Position numbers and translations under genes: made by a program. From a virus (Duplodnaviria; Caudoviricetes): a stretch of 43,334 nucleotides of DNA. The stretch spans positions 1 through 43,334 of the IMG/VR virus record IMGVR_UViG_3300044454_000087; one strand, given 5' to 3'. Shown here in pieces: positions 36,961 to 43,334 of this stretch. The stretch's first letter is position 1, and each line of letters begins with the position of its first letter. The notes below the pieces were generated by a model. That model worked only from the letters and a program-made list of their open reading frames with translations, did not search any database and was not told the origin of the DNA.

Positions 36961-37120
36961 TGTAGACATGTAGACACGATGTAGACACCCCTGATGTCTA
37001 CAGATTTTGTGCTCAGAATGACCCTTGTAGACATGTAGACAGTTCTTTTCTACCTATTAGGTATGGTAGTAAAAGAAGTAAATAGGGGAATCGGTGTCTA
37101 CACCCGTCTACATGTCTACA
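36961..37120 (+). repeat. TGTAGACA nine-box element, copy 2 (inverted relative to copy 1)
   Basis: TGTAGACA at 36961, 36969, 36980, 37026 and 37034; TGTCTACA at 36995, 37095, 37105 (cGTCTACA) and 37113; AT-rich core at 37042-37094. Confidence 0.95.
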
Positions 37121-37223
37121 TCCCCACGCCACACCATGCGCAGGGCCGGGCACCTAAACACCCCGTGCAGGGTGTATGGTCATCCAGAAGACCGCGCATA
37201 GCCACCTATCCGGAGGACCGCAG

Positions 37224-37961
37224 ATGTCGCAGAAGTCAGACCTCTACAACGCGCTCAAGGCCAGCGGCCACCCCCTGAGCACCTCGTACGCTCTCTACAC
37301 CGTCGACCAGCTGCAGGCGGAACTGGCTTTCTACCAGGTGCCGGTCGTCACCATCGAGGACAAGTCGCAGCCCGAGGCGCCAGTGACGCCCGAGGAGCAG
37401 ACAGTCGCTGACCAGTACGCGAGGTTCGACACGGCGCAGGCTCCAGCCCCGACGCCCCGGCCGCAGGATCCCGAGGAGATGCCGGGCCAGCGCCTGAACA
37501 CCAAGCCCGAGGACGAGCCGATTCGGGTCGACGAGCAGGGACGCCTCTGGTACCAGGAGGAAGTCCTCAAGCCCGCGTACCCGAAGCCCCGCGGCCGTCG
37601 CGTCCTGACCTACATGGATCGCGGCGTGGTCACCGAGACCGTCCAGAACGGTGAGTACATCGAGACGTTCGAGGTTGCTGGCAAGGGAGCCGGCAAGCCT
37701 GCGGAGGTGAAGATCACCCTCCCCTCGTACCAGGTCGGGATCTACAAGGACCCGCGCTTCCCGTTCAAGATCCACTGCTACAACGGCCGTGAGGGGTTCA
37801 ACCTCTTCGAGGTGGCCGAGTACTTCGGAGGGGTCGAGCTGGTCCCCGAGGAGTGCAAGAGGGTCTACATCGAGAACGACCTGTGCTACGACATCCGGAC
37901 AGTGATCCGGGCCATCCAGACCGAGTACCGCCAGCTGCAACTGACAGGGAGAGTCAAGTGA
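37224..37961 (+). CDS. hypothetical protein (245 aa)
   Basis: Start reassigned to ATG 37224 after GGAGG; first gene after element copy 2. Confidence 0.8.
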   Translation: MSQKSDLYNALKASGHPLSTSYALYTVDQLQAELAFYQVPVVTIEDKSQPEAPVTPEEQTVADQYARFDTAQAPAPTPRPQDPEEMPGQRLNTKPEDEPIRVDEQGRLWYQEEVLKPAYPKPRGRRVLTYMDRGVVTETVQNGEYIETFEVAGKGAGKPAEVKITLPSYQVGIYKDPRFPFKIHCYNGREGFNLFEVAEYFGGVELVPEECKRVYIENDLCYDIRTVIRAIQTEYRQLQLTGRVK

Positions 37962-38524
37962 CCGAGACCACGATGCCAGAGTTCGACACCGTCGAGGACA
38001 TCCTCGAGCAGGCGAACAACGCGCCGTACCACACCATCCTCGAGGTGTGGCGCGAGGTGCTCAAGCCGGCGCACACGGAGCGGACGAAGAAGATCACCCC
38101 GCAGTGGGCGAACCGGATCGTCACCACGTACACGGGCGTGTCCTTCAGCGACATGCACTACTTCCGCGATCGGTACTTCGACAAGATCGCCGAGCTCGAG
38201 AAGGTGCTGCTCACCGAGATCGAGCTCGACGACGAGTGCCTGAACGTCACCACCCCCGAGGAGGACGTCGAGCACAACAGCCACCACTACATCAACGTCC
38301 TGACCGATTGGCAGAAGACGTTCCTGACGTGGGAGCTCGAGTGGTCCGCGGCTGCATCGGATGCGGCCGTCGAGCTCGCGGCGATCTCCGAGGTCCACCG
38401 CATGTTCTTCGACCAGAACGGCCTGACCGCTCTGCTCGACCAGATCAAGTTCGAGTTCAGCGACGCTGACCGCGACCTGCTGGCCGCCGAGCTGCAGGAT
38501 CTGCGCGACGCACGGGAGGACTGA
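37958..38524 (+). CDS. hypothetical acidic protein (188 aa)
   Basis: GTG 37958 in GTGA overlap, GGGAG upstream; strong codon bias. Confidence 0.75.
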   Translation: MTETTMPEFDTVEDILEQANNAPYHTILEVWREVLKPAHTERTKKITPQWANRIVTTYTGVSFSDMHYFRDRYFDKIAELEKVLLTEIELDDECLNVTTPEEDVEHNSHHYINVLTDWQKTFLTWELEWSAAASDAAVELAAISEVHRMFFDQNGLTALLDQIKFEFSDADRDLLAAELQDLRDARED

Positions 38525-39573
38525 TGAGTGTCCAGCCAGACGCGAAGGAGTCAGTGGAGATCCCGCATCACGGCGACATGGCATTCGTGGCTCTCATGGA
38601 TGCGCTGGCGCCAGAGGCGGGAGCTGACCCGGCTGCAGCGGGAGGAGATCCTGCTGGCACGCCTGCAGGCGACGCTCCAGGTGCTGCTGCGGGAGCAGCT
38701 GTGGGAACTGGGAGTCCCGATGGCGGAAGCGCTGGGACGGCTGGATCACCACCAGCAGCTGACCCGAAAGCGGGTGCAGGTGATGCAGCAGCAGCAGGTG
38801 GAGATGCGCAATCAGCAGGAGGAGCTGCTGCTGGAGGTGCTGAACAGCCTCCAGCCGTCGGCACAGACCCAGCTCTCCCCGCTGATTGGACAGCAGATGC
38901 AACCGCTCTTCTCCCCAAGCTCGGTGAGCTCAGCACCAAGCTAGAGGAGAACGTCTCCAAGGCGTACCAGCAGGCTGCGTACGACCAGGCTCGCGAGGAC
39001 TACGGCAACTACTTCGACGCGCTCGAGAAGCACCCCCGACTGCTGGTGGGCACCCAGGTGCCGGCCATCGGCAAGGAGGGCATGGAGACCCTGCGCGACT
39101 CCAACGACGCGAAGGAGTGGCAGGAGGCGGTCAAGGCTCTGCTCGTTGCCGAGATCCGCGAGCAGGCCACGGCCAAGATGGAGGAGTCGGCCGACTTCAT
39201 GCAGACGGTGCATGCCAGCATCGACCTGTTCAAGAACAACCCCGACCTGATCCCCGGCACGAAGGACTTCAATCGGACACTGGCCGATCAGTTCGCCGGG
39301 ATGATGGAACCCTACGAGGTGCGCGTCGATGGCAAGCTGCAGGGGTACAGCATCCCTGTGCAGCCGATCATCGAGAAGCTGCGCGCCAACCTCAAGACCG
39401 CCGCATCTGCTCCCCCCGTCGTGGGTGCGGCACCCCCTGCGGCGGCTCCCTCGCCTCGACCCGCGCCGGAGCCGCCGCAGGCTGGGATCCAATCCAAGGC
39501 AAGCAGTGGGGCGGAGAGGGAGGATTTCTCCACGTTGTTCGGCACAATAGGACTGCCCAACCTTCAAATCTGA
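38524..39573 (+). CDS. probable capsid scaffolding protein (349 aa)
   Basis: Disordered Ala/Gly/Pro/Asp N-terminus, helical acidic middle, Pro-rich linker and short C-terminal helix (DFSTLFGTIG): typical podovirus scaffold architecture. Inference only. Confidence 0.5.
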   Translation: MSVQPDAKESVEIPHHGDMAFVALMDALAPEAGADPAAAGGDPAGTPAGDAPGAAAGAAVGTGSPDGGSAGTAGSPPAADPKAGAGDAAAAGGDAQSAGGAAAGGAEQPPAVGTDPALPADWTADATALLPKLGELSTKLEENVSKAYQQAAYDQAREDYGNYFDALEKHPRLLVGTQVPAIGKEGMETLRDSNDAKEWQEAVKALLVAEIREQATAKMEESADFMQTVHASIDLFKNNPDLIPGTKDFNRTLADQFAGMMEPYEVRVDGKLQGYSIPVQPIIEKLRANLKTAASAPPVVGAAPPAAAPSPRPAPEPPQAGIQSKASSGAEREDFSTLFGTIGLPNLQI

Positions 39574-39583
39574 GGAGCCCGCC

Positions 39584-40006
39584 ATGCCGCACGCCGCCGC
39601 AACATTCGCCACATCCGTCAAGCAGAGGAAGTCTCCAGCCCAGACAGCCGCTGCCAACGCCACCACGGTCAACGCTGCACGCACGAAGTACGCCAGTAGC
39701 GAGGCACAGACCGTGGAGGACTACTCCGAGCTCACCAAGCTGACGCCGCAGATCGCGACGCTCAGCCCGACCACCAAGGCGGCCGGCGCTGCTCAGTTCA
39801 CGCTGACGGTCACCGGCTTCGACTTCGACGCTGGCGCCAAGATCCGCTGGTCCGGCACCCAGCAGACCACCACGGTCGTGTCGCCGACGTCGCTCACCTG
39901 CACGATCTCGGCCGCCAAGGTGGCGACTGCTGGGAACTTCACCGTGACCGTGATCAACGGCAACGGCAAGATCAGCAACGGCATCGTCTTCCCGGTCACG
40001 GCCTGA
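39584..40006 (+). CDS. IPT/TIG Ig-like domain protein (possible capsid decoration)
   Basis: PQIATLSP...FTLTVTGFDF...TTVVSPTSLTCTI...GNFTVTVIN...SN IPT/TIG pattern; GAGGAG RBS. Confidence 0.7.
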   Translation: MPHAAATFATSVKQRKSPAQTAAANATTVNAARTKYASSEAQTVEDYSELTKLTPQIATLSPTTKAAGAAQFTLTVTGFDFDAGAKIRWSGTQQTTTVVSPTSLTCTISAAKVATAGNFTVTVINGNGKISNGIVFPVTA

Positions 40007-40022
40007 CGAAAGGAGGCCGGTA

Positions 40023-41483
40023 GTGCCTACGTTCCCAGTGCACTACCGGCCTCGGCCGTATCAGGTTGAGCTCCACAAGATGTGGCGCACCAAGCGCTAC
40101 GGCATCGCGGTGCTCCCGAGGCAGACCGGCAAGGACGTAGCCGCCTCGATGGAGCAGTGCGATGCCCGGCTGCGCACGCCCAAGACGACGGGTGTGTACA
40201 TCAGCCTGAGCAACCCGATGATCCGAGACATCCTCTGGGACAAGACGTACATCGACCCGGGGTCGGGCGAGTACATCCAGGGCCTGCAGGACAACGTGCC
40301 TCCGGAGCTGGTGGACTGGAAGGCCACCGTCATGGAGGGCCGCTTCAACAACAGCAGCCGGCTCAAGCTGCAGGGCTACTTCCAGTCGGGCCAGGACAAG
40401 GCCGGTGTCGGCACGTCCTACCAGGACTACACCGTCACCGAGCTGGCGCTGTTCAGCCGGGAGGATCCGATCCCCCGGATCATGCCCATCCTCGAGAACC
40501 GTGCTGAGCAGAAGCGCCTGATGGTGGTGAGCACCCCGCGTGGGAAGCGGCGCAACCCACTGTGGCAGCTGATGGAGTCCATGAAGGACAACCCGGAGGC
40601 ACAGGTCATCATCCGGACGATCGACGACCTGAACGCCATGATGAAGAAGGAGGGGCTGGATCCGGTTTTGACGGCCGAGGAGCTCGAGCGGATCCGGGAC
40701 ACGTACCTCAAGCGGTTCGGCAACGACCGCATGTTCGAGCAGGAGTACTACGTCTCCTTCGAGGAGATGGACGCCGCGGCTGTGTACGGCGAGGCGTACA
40801 TGAAGATGGTCGCGGACAAGCGGATCTACGACTACAACCTCGACCCCGGTCACCCGGTGTACGTGGTGTTCGACATCGGTGCCTCGGGCATCCACTCGGA
40901 CGCCACGGCCTGGATCGTGTTCCAGTGGATCAACGGTCGGCTGTTCATCTACGACTGCGGCGAGGGTCACGGCAAGGCACTGCCCGAGTACGTGGACGTG
41001 CTGCAGCCGAAGCACTACTTCCACAAGATCGGGGCCCTGATCCTGCCGTGGGATGGTGACCACCACGAGAAGGCGGTGAACACCACCCCGGCCGACATGA
41101 TGCGTCAGCGGTTCCCGAACGTGGCTGTGCTCGCCAAGTCGAACAAGGTGTGGAAGATCCCCGGCTCACGGAGCGGGGACTTCAACATCATCACGGATAT
41201 CCAGTCCACACGGATGATGCTGTACAACACGATCATCCACGAGACGAACTGCCAGTGGCTGCTCGAATGCCTGGAGAACTACAAGTACGAGTTCAACTCC
41301 CGTCTCCAGATGTGGACGCAGCAGCCATTGCACGACAAGCACAGCCACATGATGGACGCTCTTCGCTATGGAGTTCAGGCCGTGAAGGAGCTGGACTTCT
41401 TCAGCGGAAAATTTTTCGACAACCCAGCCCAGGCTGCCGGCTCTGTCGATTACGAGCAGGACTACACAGGAGTGTGGGCATGA
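40023..41483 (+). CDS. terL: terminase large subunit
   Basis: PRPYQ Q-motif, Walker A PRQTGKD, Walker B-like YTVTE, motif III VVSTPRG, FEQEY, RNase H-like VFDIG...DATA, C-terminal HMMDALRY. Confidence 0.92.
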   Translation: MPTFPVHYRPRPYQVELHKMWRTKRYGIAVLPRQTGKDVAASMEQCDARLRTPKTTGVYISLSNPMIRDILWDKTYIDPGSGEYIQGLQDNVPPELVDWKATVMEGRFNNSSRLKLQGYFQSGQDKAGVGTSYQDYTVTELALFSREDPIPRIMPILENRAEQKRLMVVSTPRGKRRNPLWQLMESMKDNPEAQVIIRTIDDLNAMMKKEGLDPVLTAEELERIRDTYLKRFGNDRMFEQEYYVSFEEMDAAAVYGEAYMKMVADKRIYDYNLDPGHPVYVVFDIGASGIHSDATAWIVFQWINGRLFIYDCGEGHGKALPEYVDVLQPKHYFHKIGALILPWDGDHHEKAVNTTPADMMRQRFPNVAVLAKSNKVWKIPGSRSGDFNIITDIQSTRMMLYNTIIHETNCQWLLECLENYKYEFNSRLQMWTQQPLHDKHSHMMDALRYGVQAVKELDFFSGKFFDNPAQAAGSVDYEQDYTGVWA

Positions 41484-41770
41484 AGATCGTGACGATCCGC
41501 CAGGCGCTACAGCATGTGGCGGACAACCCCACGCTCAAGACCGACGTGCTCCTCGACGTGCACACCCACGAGCTCGTCGCCCGATCCCTGTTCGAGATCG
41601 CCAACGGTGTGCAGATCAGCGAGCGGGGATCCCTGACGCGAGCCAATGTCGCGCGCAACATGATCTTCAACCGGCTCGTCGGTCGCCGGCGTGCAGGTTC
41701 ACACCCAGCCTCCGGCCAGAAGGTGGAGCTGGAGTTCATCGACCTCGTCGGAGGGGAGCTCGAGTCATGA
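41480..41770 (+). CDS. hypothetical protein (96 aa)
   Basis: Start reassigned to ATG 41480 (ATGA overlap with terL, AGGAG upstream). Confidence 0.7.
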   Translation: MKIVTIRQALQHVADNPTLKTDVLLDVHTHELVARSLFEIANGVQISERGSLTRANVARNMIFNRLVGRRRAGSHPASGQKVELEFIDLVGGELES

Positions 41771-42051
41771 CCGAGGTTGTTCTTGCGCGGAAGTTCCGCA
41801 ACCAGGTTCCCGACGATCATCGGGAGAGCCTCGACACCCGGCTGCTATGGCTGTGGCACCAGCGGTTCGGCACCGTGCAGACGGTCTACTCGAACAGCCC
41901 CGACATCCTCGATGTGACGGCGGCCACGCTCATCCTGCAGGCTGTCATGGCCCGGGACCTCAAGAGCATCCAGCAGCTGTTCCAGCGGCTCGAGGGCAGC
42001 TCGGTGTACGACGAGCAAGTCAGAGCCCAGGTGGCGGCAGTGCGGATCTGA
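41767..42051 (+). CDS. hypothetical protein (94 aa)
   Basis: ATGA overlap, GGAG upstream; last gene of the rightward block. Confidence 0.7.
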   Translation: MTEVVLARKFRNQVPDDHRESLDTRLLWLWHQRFGTVQTVYSNSPDILDVTAATLILQAVMARDLKSIQQLFQRLEGSSVYDEQVRAQVAAVRI

Positions 42052-42349
42052 GGGCCATCTCACGCCACCGGGCAGCCTCGGGGCGCTGACACACCAGGCA
42101 ACGGCACTTCCGGGGCTTGAAGGCATGCAGGTAGGCGTCCGTGTCTGGCCTCGTGACGGGCCAGGAGCGGGCCTCCTGGGGCAGGAGAGGCAGCGGGAGC
42201 AGCCAGTGCCCACCCCAGCGCTCAGCGCCCGCCACAGGCGGCTTCCTGACGCCGTACGTCCGGTCCTCGGGAGCCTTCGGCTTGTACCTCGTGCCGTTCG
42301 AGTAGACCCGGGTACCGTCAGGGAGGACGGTGATCGGGTGATGGGTCAT
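42020..42349 (-). CDS. hypothetical protein with CxCxxC motif (109 aa)
   Basis: Start reassigned to ATG 42349 (ATGA overlap with the upstream leftward gene); MTHHPITVLPDG...KCRCLVC; 3' end overlaps the convergent gene by 32 nt. Confidence 0.55.
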   Translation of the reverse strand: MTHHPITVLPDGTRVYSNGTRYKPKAPEDRTYGVRKPPVAGAERWGGHWLLPLPLLPQEARSWPVTRPDTDAYLHAFKPRKCRCLVCQRPEAARWREMALRSALPPPGL

Positions 42350-42900
42350 GGATTGAGCACACCTTCGACGTACTCGGCGTAGAGCGTCAGGGTCAGCGGC
42401 CTGTGCCGACGGATGTAGTAGCCGGGCTTCACCCGGTACGTCTTGGGCACCTTGCGTCCCATGATCCAGGTCATGTACGGCTTGCCGAAGTAGAACTCGA
42501 GGATCTTGTTGATCTTGCGCAGGTCGCTGCGCCAGTTCTGCTTGCCCGGCTGAAGCGCCTGCTGGTCCTTCATGATGTCGACCATGAGGATCCCGGTCGC
42601 CCACTCGTAGACCATCACCGCGGACACGCGATGACCGTGGTCGGGAGACAGCTTGCGCAGGAACTTGCGCACCTCTCGTTCCCACTGCACCAGGTGAGGG
42701 TTCTCCCGGATCAGATACTTGTCCTTGGTGAAGGGCATCTTCGCCCTCATCTCGTCTGGTAGCACCAACGAGTCGATCCGCTCGGACGGGCGGGGGGCGG
42801 CGGCCGTTGAAGGCAGCCGCCTCTTGTCAGCCTCCTCCTTGTTGAACCTCTTCTTCAACTCTTCTTCGACTTCAGACAGCCGTGACTTGTCATCGAGCAT
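42346..42900 (-). CDS. hypothetical basic protein, possible DNA-binding (184 aa)
   Basis: Good codon bias; basic and aromatic C-terminal half with a helix-helix-helix-wing-like pattern (inference); no strong RBS seen. Confidence 0.65.
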   Translation of the reverse strand: MLDDKSRLSEVEEELKKRFNKEEADKRRLPSTAAAPRPSERIDSLVLPDEMRAKMPFTKDKYLIRENPHLVQWEREVRKFLRKLSPDHGHRVSAVMVYEWATGILMVDIMKDQQALQPGKQNWRSDLRKINKILEFYFGKPYMTWIMGRKVPKTYRVKPGYYIRRHRPLTLTLYAEYVEGVLNP

Positions 42901-42916
42901 GGCTGAAGTCTGTCAC

Positions 42917-42953
42917 AAAAAAGAGAGAGCCGAGGCCAATGGCCCCGACTCTC
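42917..42953 (-). terminator. intrinsic terminator, leftward
   Basis: Minus strand gagagtcggggcc-att-ggcctcggctctc followed by tcTTTTTT, right after the stop at 42964. Confidence 0.75.
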
Positions 42954-42963
42954 CCTCCCTTCC

Positions 42964-43161
42964 CTAGCCCTTGTACCCGATGGCAGCGAGCTGCTTGAGG
43001 GTCTTGTGGTTGGCCGTGCTCGTCGGCGAGAACGCCATGAGCACGACACCTTCACGGTGTGGGTTCGTCACCCGCCAGTGACCTGAGCCTGTGCGCTCCA
43101 CGATGAAGCCGGCGCTCTTGAGGCGGCGGACCAACTGCATCCGTTCGGCACGGCCGCTCAC
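42964..43161 (-). CDS. HicA-like small protein (65 aa)
   Basis: GTG 43161 after GAGGT (GTGA overlap); LVRRLKSAGFIVERTGSGHWRVTNP fits the HicA L...GF...R..GSH pattern. Confidence 0.6.
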   Translation of the reverse strand: MSGRAERMQLVRRLKSAGFIVERTGSGHWRVTNPHREGVVLMAFSPTSTANHKTLKQLAAIGYKG

Positions 43162-43277
43162 CAGGACACCTCGGTGAGCACCTTCTCCATGCGCTGCACA
43201 CCCTGCTCGGTGATCAGGTGTGCGTCGAGCAACTCCCACACGACAGCGCGGATCCTCTCGACCTCGGCCCCAGCCAT
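43158..43277 (-). CDS. small hypothetical protein (39 aa)
   Basis: MAGAEVERIRAVVWELLDAHLITEQGVQRMEKVLTEVSW; coupled at both ends (TGATG and GTGA overlaps). Confidence 0.55.
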   Translation of the reverse strand: MAGAEVERIRAVVWELLDAHLITEQGVQRMEKVLTEVSW

Positions 43278-43333
43278 CAGTTGTACCGCCTCACGTTGGC
43301 CACCAGCTTGTCGGCCTCGGTCGGGTCCAGCCC
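43277..43333 (-). CDS. C-terminal end of a gene entering from the right edge
   Basis: ...GLDPTEADKLVANVRRYN-stop, whose TGA overlaps the next ATG; too short to assign. Confidence 0.45.
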   Translation of the reverse strand, partial: GLDPTEADKLVANVRRYN

Positions 43334-43334
43334 G

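Noticed and set aside
40100-40450. Terminase inactivated by atypical Walker motifs (GKD, VTE)
   Set aside because: GKD and [ST]E variants occur in other phage terminases; all other ATPase and nuclease motifs are intact.
1-43334. Prophage or integration module
   Set aside because: No integrase, repressor, att-like site or host genes are recognisable; the whole window reads as phage.

Overview
This 43.3 kb GC-rich window is most of a lytic, podovirus-type actinobacteriophage genome. Its layout resembles what I recall of the Microbacterium EK/EM-type podophages (not verified). Short leftward non-structural genes lie at both ends: a Pol-beta/CCA-type nucleotidyltransferase on the left and a HicA-like gene on the right. 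A structured, partly AT-rich control region spans about 1.0-3.4 kb. A long rightward block follows: a 4717-aa giant protein, portal, major capsid, tail/fibre genes, a lysis cassette with an M23 peptidase, probable internal virion proteins, adaptor and nozzle, then a second unit with a scaffold-like protein, an IPT/Ig protein and the large terminase. Two main observations stand out. (1) The giant protein carries an RxP...H-x9-DHDGD-x-M signature matching the beta'-type catalytic barrel of two-barrel RNA polymerases, plus a weaker beta-like K...K/NGTxV...GVxS segment about 2,150 aa further downstream, suggesting a virion-packaged single-chain RNA polymerase with reversed barrel order. (2) Two inverted copies of a ~165-bp element lie 35 kb apart (2135-2301 and 36961-37120), each built from nine TGTAGACA boxes with conserved spacing and each upstream of an operon in the same relative orientation. 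All functional calls come from motif reading and synteny only; no searches were run.
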